A DNA stretch of 64,000 nucleotides. It comes from Thermoanaerobaculia bacterium. Its GTDB lineage: Bacteria > Acidobacteriota > Thermoanaerobaculia > Multivoradales > JAGPDF01. The translations under genes were made by a program, and so were the position numbers. The stretch is from the NCBI GenBank assembly GCA_046331385.1, contig JAXLQW010000001.1:3719037-3783036 (forward strand), in the 5' to 3' direction. A model generated the notes under the pieces. The model was not told the DNA's origin, did not search any database, and saw only the letters and a program-made list of their open reading frames with translations. Below, in pieces: positions 39,958 through 50,023 of the stretch (position 1 is its first letter; each line of letters begins with the position of its first letter).

Positions 39958-40203
39958 ATGCCACTCGCCACGGCCGAGCGGATCTATCGCTGTTTGGGTG
40001 CTGGTCGATCGGCGCGTGCGGGGGACGTACTGCTTCGGCCCGAGGGGGTGAGCCGGTCCACGCTTCGGAGGTGGCTGCGGTCGGGCTGGATCGTCACTCG
40101 CGAGCGAGCCGTTCTCACCGCCAAGGGTTGTGCTGCGCTCCCGGTTCACCAGGAGGTCGTGGCGTTCGCTCGACGGTCTGGTCGAAGCACCCTGTTCCTG
40201 TAG
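39958..40203 (+). CDS. Small hypothetical protein (possible wHTH), uncertain
   Basis: 82-aa C-terminal part (MPLATAERIYRCLG...TLRRWLRSGWIVTRE) of track ORF 39628..40203. Upstream part is low-complexity. Confidence 0.25.
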   Translation: MPLATAERIYRCLGAGRSARAGDVLLRPEGVSRSTLRRWLRSGWIVTRERAVLTAKGCAALPVHQEVVAFARRSGRSTLFL

Positions 40204-40578
40204 GGCCACTCGGTGACACCCATCTGGACCCTGAGCCCATCCGTCCCCCTCGCCCGCATGTCTTCGAAGGCCCGGCGAAGGCGGTCGGGTCAAGGGCGGT
40301 CGACAGACCGGCGCCAGCGAACCCTTGACGCGATCGACTGTCGGGCCACCCTTCGGCGCGCGAGGGGGCGACCGGTGTTGTGTCACCCCAGCGTCTCTGC
40401 CTGTTCTTCAGTTCGACCGCTCCCGGAGCTTCGAGGCCACTCCCACTGCTGGTTAGGAGCCAGCCATGTTTCCCGGCCCGGGAAACCTCGCCGCCGCTCT
40501 CGCGGCAGGCAGGTTTCTCCAGGGCGGGCAACGGCTGGCCGCGGCTCGCTTGGGCTCGCAGACGGTATCGGCGGGCTC

Positions 40579-40598
40579 GAGTTGCAAATTTGCAACTC
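40579..40598. promoter_or_regulatory. Perfect 20-bp palindrome GAGTTGCAAATTTGCAACTC, candidate oriT/nic-associated inverted repeat
   Basis: Lies ~30 nt upstream of the mobC-like gene and ~400 nt upstream of the relaxase. Confidence 0.45.
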
Positions 40599-40628
40599 CC
40601 GGCGGGACGCTGCCAACCGGAGTCCGGC

Positions 40629-40991
40629 GTGACCCGCCGAGGGCGTCCGCGCAAGGACCCGGCGCGGGCTCGCGTCGTCAAGAACGGCGCGCATTTCACG
40701 CCGGCTGAAGACGGCCGCTTGCGAGATCGCGCCCGAGCCCTCGGCATCACCGTCGCGGAGTTGTTGCGGGAGGCCGCCCTCGGTCGGCCCCTTCCGCGGC
40801 GTCACCAGCCCGACCCGATCGCGTCGGACCAATGGGTCGAGCTCGGCCGGCTCGCGGCGAACCTCAATCAGCTCCAGCGCGCGATCAACCGCGGACAGAC
40901 CGAAGGCGTTCCGGTGGCGCTCGTCGAGGAGCTTCGCCGGTTGCTTCACGACGTCCGCCAGGCGCTGGTCGGCAAGGCGGGCGCCGCGTGA
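40629..40991 (+). CDS. mobC: MobC-like relaxosome accessory protein (RHH)
   Basis: C-terminal part of track ORF 40380..40991. VVKNGAHFTPAEDGRLRDRARALGITVAELLREAALGR...LGRLAANLNQLQRAINRG is MobC-like. GTG start approximate. Confidence 0.55.
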   Translation: MTRRGRPRKDPARARVVKNGAHFTPAEDGRLRDRARALGITVAELLREAALGRPLPRRHQPDPIASDQWVELGRLAANLNQLQRAINRGQTEGVPVALVEELRRLLHDVRQALVGKAGAA

Positions 40992-43249
40992 TCCAGAGCA
41001 TTCACAAGGGGAAGGGCTTTCGCGGCGTCCTCAACTACGTCTTCGGCCGCGCGAAGTCGCCGGAGCTCGTGGGCGGCAACATGTATGGCGAGGATCCGCG
41101 CGCCCTCGCGCAGGAGTTCGGCGAGTGGCGAGAGCTGCGGCCTGGCCTGACGCGCGCCGTCTTTCACTCGTCTCTCTCCCTGCCGCACGGACCTACCGGG
41201 CGCGAAGAGCTGAGCGACGCGCAGTGGCGCGACGTTGCCGAGCGCTACCTCGAACACCTCGGGTACGGGCGCTCGCCGTTCGTCGTGGTGCGCCATCGCG
41301 ACACCGAGCACGACCACGTCCACATCGTTGCGGCGCGCATCGGCGTGGACGGGCGCGCTGTCTCCGATTCGCACGACTACCGTCGTGGCGAAGAGGTTCT
41401 CCGCCAGCTCGAGCGCGAATACGGGCTTACCCAGGTCAAGTCGGCGCACGAGGTCGAGAAGACTGCGATGCGCCCTGGCGAGATCCGGCAGCTCGAGCGC
41501 ACGGGCGAGGTGAGCACTCGCCTTCGCCTCCAGGATCTGCTCGATCGCGCCGCCGCGGATCGGCCTTCGATGACCACCTTCCTGGAGCGGCTGCGTGAGG
41601 CGGGTGTCGAACCCGTTCCGCGGGTGGCGACGACGGGGCACGTCTCGGGCATTTCGTACGGCCTCGATGGCACGAGCTTTCGCGGCTCGGCGCTCGGCCG
41701 CGCCTATTCGTGGCGAGGACTTCAGGAGCGTCTCGGGGTCGACTACCAGCCCGAGCGAGACCTCGGGGCAGTGCGCGCAGCGGCGGCCAGCCCGGACCGC
41801 GGCACCGGCCGCGCGCCGACGCCCTGGTCGCCGGCGAGCCTCGACGCGCTTCAGAAGGAACTGCGGGCCCTTCCGAACGTCGCGCGTCGCGGTGTCGTCT
41901 CGCGGGCCGCTTCGGGCCTGACTCGTGCGGGTGCCGGTGCGCTCGACGGACCGGCCGATGCCGTGCGCCTGGCGTACGCCCTGCGCTCTCCTCGGTCAGC
42001 GGTGCGCCACGTAGCACGCCGCACTCCGGGCCTCGGTGCCGTGGCGCCGATCCTCGACCTCGCCAACGCGGCGCGTTCGCCCCTCGGACTGCTGCTCTAT
42101 GGCGCCCGCCTGGCGACAACTGCGGGTCGACTGGCTCTGCCGGCGCTCGCGAAAAGCACGGCTCCAAGTCCGCTGTCGCGCGGCGTCGCTGCGGCCTACG
42201 TCCGGGCGGCTGCTACGGGAGCGCCCTCGATGGGGCTCTTTCTCGACCGCCTCGAGGCTGCTGGTGTCCGACCGCTCCCGCTGCTCGGCCGTGGCGGCGA
42301 CGTGCGGGCGATCGTCTACCGCTTGGGCGATGAGCTGATCCCTGGCCAGGAGCTCGGACCGTCCTTCACCTGGACCGGCCTTCAACGGCGTCTCGGAGTG
42401 AGCTATGAGCCGACGAGAGACCTTCCTCGAATCCGCGAAGGCCGCGAACGACCAAGCCCTGAGCCCGGCTCCGCTGCTCGCGACCGACGCCCCCGCGAGG
42501 AGCGAGCTGGCCGCGAGCATATCGACGCTCTTGGCCGTCGCGGTGGAGGCGAACCGGAGATTGGAGTCGATGGAGCGAGCCTTTCGCGAGGCGCTGCCGG
42601 CGACGCGCGAACACGCGGCGCCGAAGGCCACTCGGAGCCGCGCGGCGTCGACCGTGGTGTGGGCGCTCGTGGCGGCCCTGGCCACACTGCTGGGGATCAC
42701 ACTGCTTCGCCCCGAGTGGGCGCTGCGATCCCATCAGCGGGCCGAGCTGCTTCTGGGCCAGAGGCTCTACCAGCGACTCCAGCACATGGAGGAGCCGGAC
42801 CGGCTCGAGGTGCTGAAGTCGCTCTGGGCGGATCCGCCACCGACGAGCGACTAGCGGCGGCGGCGCTTCGCGAGTCCCTGCGGCGAACGGGGACGCCGCC
42901 GTTGGCGAGCTACCACCGCCATCCCGCCTACTCGGCCAGCCTCGATCGGGCGGACGCCGCCTGGGCGACAGCGGCTCTCCGGCGTGGGGTCGAGCCGCAC
43001 GTCGTACTTCGCGAGGTAGCGGAGCGCGGTGCTCGGGCCGCGGCTTCGAAGGATGTTGCGCTGGCCCACGGCACGCGCGTCGTGGCGCGGGCGCTCGCGA
43101 CGGTGCAGCCGGGTCGCGCCGTCGAGAAGACGGTGTCGATGACCGTCCAGGCGCTCGCTACCGCGGTCAAGGCTCCGATCGCGGTGGTGAAGGCGCTGTT
43201 GATCGTCCGCAGCATCGTGCGCGAGCTATCGCAGGAGCGAGGCCGATGA
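40988..43249 (+). CDS. Conjugative relaxase (MobA/VirD2-TraI-like, MOBP/Q-type)
   Basis: GTG overlaps the mobC stop. Relaxase motif III HRDTEHDHVHIV (HxDxxxxHxH). ~753 aa. Confidence 0.85.
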   Translation: MIQSIHKGKGFRGVLNYVFGRAKSPELVGGNMYGEDPRALAQEFGEWRELRPGLTRAVFHSSLSLPHGPTGREELSDAQWRDVAERYLEHLGYGRSPFVVVRHRDTEHDHVHIVAARIGVDGRAVSDSHDYRRGEEVLRQLEREYGLTQVKSAHEVEKTAMRPGEIRQLERTGEVSTRLRLQDLLDRAAADRPSMTTFLERLREAGVEPVPRVATTGHVSGISYGLDGTSFRGSALGRAYSWRGLQERLGVDYQPERDLGAVRAAAASPDRGTGRAPTPWSPASLDALQKELRALPNVARRGVVSRAASGLTRAGAGALDGPADAVRLAYALRSPRSAVRHVARRTPGLGAVAPILDLANAARSPLGLLLYGARLATTAGRLALPALAKSTAPSPLSRGVAAAYVRAAATGAPSMGLFLDRLEAAGVRPLPLLGRGGDVRAIVYRLGDELIPGQELGPSFTWTGLQRRLGVSYEPTRDLPRIREGRERPSPEPGSAARDRRPREERAGREHIDALGRRGGGEPEIGVDGASLSRGAAGDARTRGAEGHSEPRGVDRGVGARGGPGHTAGDHTASPRVGAAIPSAGRAASGPEALPATPAHGGAGPARGAEVALGGSATDERLAAAALRESLRRTGTPPLASYHRHPAYSASLDRADAAWATAALRRGVEPHVVLREVAERGARAAASKDVALAHGTRVVARALATVQPGRAVEKTVSMTVQALATAVKAPIAVVKALLIVRSIVRELSQERGR

Positions 43250-43773
43250 TTCGATTCAAGACGACGGCGCCTCTCGTGGCGGTCGGTCTCTTCCTGGTGG
43301 TCTACCTGGTTCCGCAGGCCACGGGCCTCCGGATCAACACCTCGACGAGCATGCCGCGCGGCGTCTACCGGTCAGTCGCGGGTGCTGTGCGACGAGACGC
43401 GGTCGCGGCCGTCTGCCTGCCGCCGGCGATCGCGAGGTTCGGGATGGAGCGGCACTATCTGGGCGCGGGCTCGTGCCCCGATGGCTCGGAACCTGTCGTG
43501 AAGGTCCTCGCCGCCGTGGCGGGCGATCGCGTCGAAGTGACGGCGGACGCAGTTTTGGTCAACGGCGTCAGGTTGCCTCATAGCCGGCCGCTCGATCGCG
43601 ACCGCGGCGGGCGCGAGTTGCTGCCGTTCGCGGCGGGCGAACATCGACTGGAGCCCGGCGAGGTCTGGCTATACTCGCCCTACGAGGAGCGGAGCTGGGA
43701 CAGCCGGTACTTCGGGCCGGTTCGGATCGAGAACGTCACCACGATCGTCGAGCCCTTGGTGACTTTCCGGTGA
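43246..43773 (+). CDS. traF: Conjugative transfer signal peptidase TraF (S26 family)
   Basis: 175 aa. N-terminal TM. S26-like catalytic segments. ATGA overlap with the relaxase stop. Confidence 0.75.
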   Translation: MIRFKTTAPLVAVGLFLVVYLVPQATGLRINTSTSMPRGVYRSVAGAVRRDAVAAVCLPPAIARFGMERHYLGAGSCPDGSEPVVKVLAAVAGDRVEVTADAVLVNGVRLPHSRPLDRDRGGRELLPFAAGEHRLEPGEVWLYSPYEERSWDSRYFGPVRIENVTTIVEPLVTFR

Positions 43774-45863
43774 GCGCTCAGCCTTCCTACAGGCTCACGC
43801 CAGGCGGCGGGCTCACGGCCAAGGGCGTCGTCGCCCGTGGTCTCGCGGCTTTGGTCGGCGTCGCCACGCTGACCGCCTGGGCGTTCACGCAGCGCGCGGC
43901 GATCCGGCTGGGGTTCCACGCCGCGCTTGGCCGTCCGTGGATCCCTGCGCTCGACGGCCACGAGGCGACGTTGAACATCGCCGCGTGGGCGCTCTGGGGA
44001 GCTGCGCTGCTCCTCCTCGCCCCGAAGCGAACGCGCTTGCTCGCACCGATTGCTGCGGTGCTCGGTGCGGGCGCCTTTGCCTGGTCGCTCGGGCCGCTCT
44101 TCACGCCGTTCCATCTCTTCGTATGGGCACACAGGCTGGGCTCGACCGCGGCGGCGCACCAGTTCTGGCGCTCGGCCTTCCTGGCGCTCGGCCTGACGAC
44201 AGCAGCTTGCGCTGTCGTCGCAGCCATCGTCGTCATCGTGGCCATCAAACGCCTCGATCCGGGGTCCGACCTCCACGGCTCCGCCCGGTGGGCCACGGAA
44301 CGAGAGGCCAGGAACGCGGGGCTCTTCGCCGAGAAGGGTCTCATCCTGGGGCAGTGGCCTGGGAGGAAGGAACGGATCCTCCGCCACGATGGTCCGGAGC
44401 ACATCTTCGTCTTCGCCCCGACCCGGAGCGGCAAGGGCGTCTCGCTCGTCGTGCCGAACCTGCTCACCTGGCCGCACTCGGTGCTCGTCCACGACATGAA
44501 GGGAGAGAACTGGGTGCTCTCGGCGGGCTGGCGGAGTCGCGAGCTCGGCAGCCTCTGTCTCAAGTTCGATCCCACTTGCTCTGACGGATCGGGCGCGCGC
44601 TACAACCCGTTGCTCGAGATCCGCATGGGTGATCAGGAAGTGCGCGACGCACAGAACGTCGCCGACATCCTCGTCGACCCGAACGGCGACCGCATCCGCG
44701 ACCACTGGGACCGCACCGCGCATTCGCTCCTGGTCGGACTCATCCTCCATGTTCTCTACGCGGAGAAGGAGAAGACGCTGGCCGGCTGCGCGCACTTCCT
44801 CGCGCGCCCCGACCGCCCGATCGACCTGAGCCTCGAAGTGCTGCTGGCCACCGAGCATGCGCCACCGGCGCACCCAGGTTGGCGCGATCCGGTCACCGGC
44901 GAATCCTTGCGGACCCATCCGACAGTTGCAGCCGCCGCGCGAGCGCTGATGGACAAGTCGCCGAACGAGCGCTCGGGTGTCCTGTCGACAGCCCTCAGCT
45001 TCCTCGACCTGTACCGCGACCCGATCCTGGCGCAGAACACCGCGGTCTCGGACTTCGCGCTGGAGGACCTGGTGAGCCACGAGCGGCCGGTCAGCCTCTA
45101 CCTGACGGTCCCGCCGTCCGATCTCAGCCGCACTCGGCCGCTCGTTCGTCTGCTCCTGAATCAAGCGTGCCGTCGGCTAACCGAGCGGATGGACTTCTCG
45201 GAAGGTCGCGGCAGGGGAGCGGGCAAGCACCCGCTCCTCCTGATGCTCGACGAGTTTCCCGCCCTCGGCAAGCTCCAATTCTTCCAGGAGTCGCTGGCTT
45301 ACCTCGCCGGCTACGACATCCGGGCGATGCTCATCACGCAGGACCTCTCGCAGCACCAGGGCGTCTACGGCAAGCAGGAGTCGATCACGGCGAACTGCCA
45401 CGTCCGGATCGCCTTCGCCGCCAACAAGCCGGAGACCGCCGAGCTCCTCTCGCAGATGGCGGGCGACACCACGGTCTCACACAAGCAGGTCTCTTACCGC
45501 GGCGGGAGCCTGATGATGGGCGACAGAAACACCACGCAGCAAGAGATTCGCCGGCGGCTGCTCACACCGGACGAGGCGATGCGCCTGGACCCCGACCACG
45601 AGGTCGTGTTCGTGGCCGGGCAACAGCCGATGTACGCGGGGAAGTCGCGCTACTTCCAGGATCGCGAGCTGTCGAGGAGATCCAACCTGGCGGCTCCGGC
45701 GTCGTCGGGTCGGACCGGCCGCAACGTCACGGCCTGGGGAGCCTTGCTGCCCGCCCCGTCCGCCCTGCCGCTCGCGGCCAGCCATGCTGGTGAGCTGAGT
45801 TCCCTGACTTCTGTGCTCGACCGGGAACGAGGTCCCGCAGACGCGGTCGACCGGCAGGTCTGA
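43770..45863 (+). CDS. traG: Type IV coupling protein TraG/VirD4
   Basis: N-terminal TM helices. Walker A APTRSGKGVS. Walker B LLMLDEFPALG. TraG/VirD4 C-terminal region. Confidence 0.9.
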   Translation: MSAQPSYRLTPGGGLTAKGVVARGLAALVGVATLTAWAFTQRAAIRLGFHAALGRPWIPALDGHEATLNIAAWALWGAALLLLAPKRTRLLAPIAAVLGAGAFAWSLGPLFTPFHLFVWAHRLGSTAAAHQFWRSAFLALGLTTAACAVVAAIVVIVAIKRLDPGSDLHGSARWATEREARNAGLFAEKGLILGQWPGRKERILRHDGPEHIFVFAPTRSGKGVSLVVPNLLTWPHSVLVHDMKGENWVLSAGWRSRELGSLCLKFDPTCSDGSGARYNPLLEIRMGDQEVRDAQNVADILVDPNGDRIRDHWDRTAHSLLVGLILHVLYAEKEKTLAGCAHFLARPDRPIDLSLEVLLATEHAPPAHPGWRDPVTGESLRTHPTVAAAARALMDKSPNERSGVLSTALSFLDLYRDPILAQNTAVSDFALEDLVSHERPVSLYLTVPPSDLSRTRPLVRLLLNQACRRLTERMDFSEGRGRGAGKHPLLLMLDEFPALGKLQFFQESLAYLAGYDIRAMLITQDLSQHQGVYGKQESITANCHVRIAFAANKPETAELLSQMAGDTTVSHKQVSYRGGSLMMGDRNTTQQEIRRRLLTPDEAMRLDPDHEVVFVAGQQPMYAGKSRYFQDRELSRRSNLAAPASSGRTGRNVTAWGALLPAPSALPLAASHAGELSSLTSVLDRERGPADAVDRQV

Positions 45864-45928
45864 GCCGAATGGTGCTCCGCGCCGGCATCGTTATCAACAA
45901 CTGTTGACATACTCTCAACGCTTGTGTA

Positions 45929-46933
45929 GTGTCCCTCGCCATGAGGCAGGGGCCACACGACGAGCAGCGGCAGCGCTGGACTGAAGGGCTGATTCGCGAG
46001 CTGGGAGAGACCATCGTCGGTGCCCTCGGGGACGACGACGTGGTCGAGGTTCTCCTCAACCCCGACGGCCGGATCTGGCTCGACTCGCGCACCGAGGGGA
46101 TGTACGACTCCGGCTCCCGCCTGCTGCCGCAGGAGGCGGAGGCGATCCTCGCGTCGATCGCCGGCATGCTCGGCACCCAGATCGACTCCGAGCACCCGAT
46201 CATCGAAGCCGAGCTGCCGCTCGACGGGAGTCGGATCGAGGGCATGGTGCCGCCGCTGGTGGCGAGCCCCAGCTTTGCGATCCGCAAGCGGGCGACGCGG
46301 GTTTTCCCCCTTTCGCACTACATCGAGTCCGGCTCGATGACAGTGACGCAGGCCGAGTTGCTCCGGGCGGCAATCGCCGAGCGGCGGAACATCCTGGTAT
46401 CCGGCGGAACCGGTTCCGGCAAGACGACGCTGGTCAACGCGATTCTCGACGAGATGGTCCGGCTCGGCGAGACGAGCGAGCGCTTCATCCTGCTCGAGGA
46501 CACGGTGGAGCTTCAGTGCACGGCCGAGAACCACACGGCGCTGCGCACCACTCGCCACGTCGACTTGGCGACCCTCGTCAAGGCGACGATGCGGCTCAAT
46601 CCCGACCGGATCATCATCGGCGAGGTCCGGGGCCGCGAGGCCCTCGACCTCCTCAAAGCCTGGAACACGGGCCACCCCGGCGGTTGCACCACCGTCCACG
46701 CCAACAACGCGATCGCCGCCCTGCAGCGCCTCGACCAGCTGGCGCAGGAAGCGGGTGTCCCGTCCCAGCGCGCCCTCATCGCCGACACCGTCGGCCTCGT
46801 CGTCCATATCGAGGGAGGGAGCCGCGGTCGCCGCGTCTCCGAGCTCGTTCGTGTCGCCGGCCTTGCCGGCGACGGCAGTTTTCAACTCGAGCCGACCGCG
46901 GCTCGGACTACCGAGGAGGAGGAACAGTCATGA
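45929..46933 (+). CDS. trbB: P-type conjugative transfer ATPase TrbB (VirB11 family)
   Basis: Walker [10 protein letters not shown]. VirB11 His-box. 334 aa. Confidence 0.9.
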   Translation: MSLAMRQGPHDEQRQRWTEGLIRELGETIVGALGDDDVVEVLLNPDGRIWLDSRTEGMYDSGSRLLPQEAEAILASIAGMLGTQIDSEHPIIEAELPLDGSRIEGMVPPLVASPSFAIRKRATRVFPLSHYIESGSMTVTQAELLRAAIAERRNILVSGGTGSGKTTLVNAILDEMVRLGETSERFILLEDTVELQCTAENHTALRTTRHVDLATLVKATMRLNPDRIIIGEVRGREALDLLKAWNTGHPGGCTTVHANNAIAALQRLDQLAQEAGVPSQRALIADTVGLVVHIEGGSRGRRVSELVRVAGLAGDGSFQLEPTAARTTEEEEQS

Positions 46934-47250
46934 AGCGATGGAGGGAGAAGGGACGACAGCTCGGGGCGCTGGCAGCGCTCTGGATGGTGAGCTCGCCGGC
47001 CGCGTTCGCGACGACGGGTGGCACCTCGATGCCGTGGGACGAGCCGCTCATTCGAATCCAGGAGAACCTCACCGGGCCGGTGGCGAGCGCGATCATCATC
47101 ATCGCGGTCGCGCTGGCCGGCGTGATGTGGGCGCTCTCCGATCACGGCACCGGCATGCGCCGCGTCTCCCAGGTCATCTTCGGCGCCGGAGTCGCGCTGG
47201 GAGCAGTCAGCTTCGTCACCGCGCTCGGCTTCTCAGGGGCGGTGCTGTGA
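46930..47250 (+). CDS. trbC: Conjugal pilin TrbC/VirB2
   Basis: Internal ATG overlaps the trbB stop. Signal peptide then two hydrophobic helices (AIIIIAVALAGVMWAL, IFGAGVALGAVSFVTALGF). Confidence 0.75.
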   Translation: MKRWREKGRQLGALAALWMVSSPAAFATTGGTSMPWDEPLIRIQENLTGPVASAIIIIAVALAGVMWALSDHGTGMRRVSQVIFGAGVALGAVSFVTALGFSGAVL

Positions 47251-47576
47251 AGAGACGGTCGCTCCGCACCGTGCCGCTCCACAGCTCGCTCACGAGGCCG
47301 ATCCTCCTGGGCGGAGCCGAGCGCGATCTCGTGATCATCGAGGTGAGCCTGATCGCCGCGCTGCTCTTCGGCGTCGGCTTCCGGTTCGCGAGCCTCAGCC
47401 TGGCGCTGCTGCTCGGCACGGTCGGTCACCGGATCCTGGTGTGGATCGGCCGCCAGGACCCGCAGGCGACGCGGGTCTTCGCTCGTCACCGGCTCTACCA
47501 GCCGTTTTACCCGGCAGCGGCGGCGGTCGGCGCCCCGCTGCCGAGGGTCCCTGTCTTCCGGGGGGACACGCGATGA
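47247..47576 (+). CDS. trbD: TrbD/VirB3
   Basis: GTG overlaps the trbC stop. ~109 aa with TM segment (VIIEVSLIAALLFGV). Confidence 0.7.
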   Translation: MKRRSLRTVPLHSSLTRPILLGGAERDLVIIEVSLIAALLFGVGFRFASLSLALLLGTVGHRILVWIGRQDPQATRVFARHRLYQPFYPAAAAVGAPLPRVPVFRGDTR

Positions 47577-50023
47577 TCCTGCGCGAGCACCGACCGAAGC
47601 CGCAGGGACTCGCCGATCTCCTGAACTGGGCCGCCCTGGTCGGTGAGGGAATTGCCGTCAACAAGGACGGCTCCTTCGTGGCCGGCTGGAGCTACACCGG
47701 CCCCGACCTCGACGCCGCGACGGCGGAGGAGCTGGCGCTCCTCTCCCAACACTTCAACCAGGCGCTTCTGCCGCTCGGCGACGAGTGGCTGCTCAACGCG
47801 GACGCCATCCGGCGACCGAGCCGCGACTACCCGCCACCCGGCCCGTTTCCGGACCCGGTGTCCGAGCTCCTCGACGACGAGCGCCGCGAGCAGTACGAGT
47901 CGGGCCGGCGCAACTACGAGACGACCTACACGCTCTGCGTCTCGTGGCTCCCGCCCGACGAGCTCCAGTCGAGCCTCGCGCGCTGGTTCATCAGCGGCGA
48001 GGACCGCAAGGGTCCCGACTGGCGGGCGCAGGTCGACACCTTCGTCGACCGGCTGGAGGACATCGAGGATCGCCTCTCGGCCTCGCTGGCGCTGACGCGC
48101 CTGAGCTCCGAAGCGCTGCTCACGCACCTCCACACTTGCCTCACCGGGCTCTACCACCGCGTGGCCGTGCCCGACACGCCCTGCTACCTCGACGTGCTGC
48201 TCGCCTCGCAGGACTTGTACGGCGGTTTCAGCCCGCGGGTCGGGGACCGTCACCTGCGGGCACTCTCGATCACGGGCTTTCCCCACGAGTCGCACCCCGC
48301 GATGTTCGACTTCCTCCACCGGATCCCGATGGAGTACCGGTTGTCGCACCGCTTCCTGCCGCTCGACCCGGAGTCGGCCGCCAAGCACATCCGGCTCTAC
48401 CGGCGGAACTGGTGGCAGAAGCGCAAGGGCCTCGGCGGGCTGATCAAGGAGGCGATCACCACCGACGAGAAGGCGTCCGAGCCGAAGTTCCTGAACCGTG
48501 ACGCCGTCCGCATGGCGGAGGACGCTGACGAGGCGCTCGCCGAGTGCCTCGGCGGAGCGGTCCGCTACGGCTTCTACACGACGACGATCGTGCTGATGGG
48601 TGAAGACGAGAACGCCGTCGAGGTGTCGGCGCGTCTGGTTCTCAAGGAGATTCACAACCGGGGCTTCGCGGCGCGAATCGAGCGCGTGAACGCGCTGGAG
48701 GCCTTTCGCTCGAGCTTGCCGTCGCACGCTCATCCGAACGTGCGCCGGCCACTGATCAGCACGCTCAACCTCGCCGACCTCCTGCCGACGACGAGCGTCT
48801 GGCCGGGCCTGCCGACCAATCCCTGCCAGTACTACCCGACGGGAAGCCCGGCGCTGCTCTGGGCGGCGACGAGCGGCTCGACGCCGTTCCGGCTCAACCT
48901 GCACGTCTCCGACGTCGGGCACACGCTCGTGCTCGGTCCGACCGGAGCGGGGAAGAGCACGCTCCTGGGTCTCATCCAGGCGCAATTCTTCCGCTACCCG
49001 GACGCCCAGGTCTTCACCTTCGACAAGGGGTACTCCTCGTTTCCCCTGGTCGCCGCGTGCGGCGGCCATCACTACGACATCGCGGCCGAGTCGCTCGACG
49101 CCCTGGCTTTCTACCCGCTGGCGAGCATCGATCGGCCCGCCGAGCGCGCCTGGGCGGCGGAGTGGATCGAGACGCTGATGGCGCTGCAGGGGGTGGTCAT
49201 CACGCCGGCCCACCGCGGAGCGATCGACCACGCGCTGGGACTGCTCGCCGCGTCGCCTTCGCGCACGCTGACCGACCTCCAGGTGAAGCTCCAAGACCCG
49301 AACCTGCGCCAGGCGCTGCGGCCCTACACGCTCAAGGGCAACTTCGGTGCGCTCCTCGACGCGCAGAGCGACGGGCTCCGCGACGGACGCTTCCAGGTCT
49401 TCGAGATGGCGCACCTGATGGAGCTCGGCGACCGGATCGTCATTCCGGCGCTCCTCTACCTCTTCCACCGCATCGAGCAGCGGCTCGACGGCCGACCGAC
49501 GCTCATCATCCTGGAGGAGGCGTGGACCTACCTGCTCCACGAGCTCTTCGCCGAGCGGATCCAGCTCTGGCTCAAGGAGCTGCGCAAGTACAACGCCGCG
49601 GTCGTCTTCGTCACCCAGAGTCTCGCCGACATCCACGCGTCCTCGAAGCGCCACGTCATCTACGAAAGTTGCCCGACGAAGATCCTGCTTCCCAACGGCG
49701 AGGCGGGCTCGGAGCAGGGCGCCGCGATCTACCGCGCGATCGGGCTCAACGATCGCGAGATCGAGATCGTCGCCCAGAGCGCCAAGAAGCGCGACTACTA
49801 CTACACCTCTCCGCTCGGCAACCGGCTCATGGACCTGACGCTCGGGCCGTTGGCGCTTGCCTTCGTCGGCGCGACCGGGCGCGAAGACCTGCGCGCCATT
49901 CGCGAGCTGCGCGCGACGTACGGACCGGAGTGGCCGCGCGCCTGGGTGCGGCAGCGCGGCCTCGACCGTTGGGCGGAACGACTGACCGAGCGAAACGAAA
50001 GGAGCCTCGCATGCGCAGGCTGA
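47573..50023 (+). CDS. trbE: Conjugal transfer ATPase TrbE/VirB4
   Basis: 816 aa. Walker A GPTGAGKST. Walker B LIILEEAW. ATGA overlap with the trbD stop. Confidence 0.9.
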   Translation: MILREHRPKPQGLADLLNWAALVGEGIAVNKDGSFVAGWSYTGPDLDAATAEELALLSQHFNQALLPLGDEWLLNADAIRRPSRDYPPPGPFPDPVSELLDDERREQYESGRRNYETTYTLCVSWLPPDELQSSLARWFISGEDRKGPDWRAQVDTFVDRLEDIEDRLSASLALTRLSSEALLTHLHTCLTGLYHRVAVPDTPCYLDVLLASQDLYGGFSPRVGDRHLRALSITGFPHESHPAMFDFLHRIPMEYRLSHRFLPLDPESAAKHIRLYRRNWWQKRKGLGGLIKEAITTDEKASEPKFLNRDAVRMAEDADEALAECLGGAVRYGFYTTTIVLMGEDENAVEVSARLVLKEIHNRGFAARIERVNALEAFRSSLPSHAHPNVRRPLISTLNLADLLPTTSVWPGLPTNPCQYYPTGSPALLWAATSGSTPFRLNLHVSDVGHTLVLGPTGAGKSTLLGLIQAQFFRYPDAQVFTFDKGYSSFPLVAACGGHHYDIAAESLDALAFYPLASIDRPAERAWAAEWIETLMALQGVVITPAHRGAIDHALGLLAASPSRTLTDLQVKLQDPNLRQALRPYTLKGNFGALLDAQSDGLRDGRFQVFEMAHLMELGDRIVIPALLYLFHRIEQRLDGRPTLIILEEAWTYLLHELFAERIQLWLKELRKYNAAVVFVTQSLADIHASSKRHVIYESCPTKILLPNGEAGSEQGAAIYRAIGLNDREIEIVAQSAKKRDYYYTSPLGNRLMDLTLGPLALAFVGATGREDLRAIRELRATYGPEWPRAWVRQRGLDRWAERLTERNERSLACAG

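Noticed and set aside
39628-40203. Full 191-aa ORF as a gene
   Set aside because: N-terminal two thirds is Ser/Arg/Gly low-complexity sequence without an RBS. Only the C-terminal ~82 aa is retained as a low-confidence feature.
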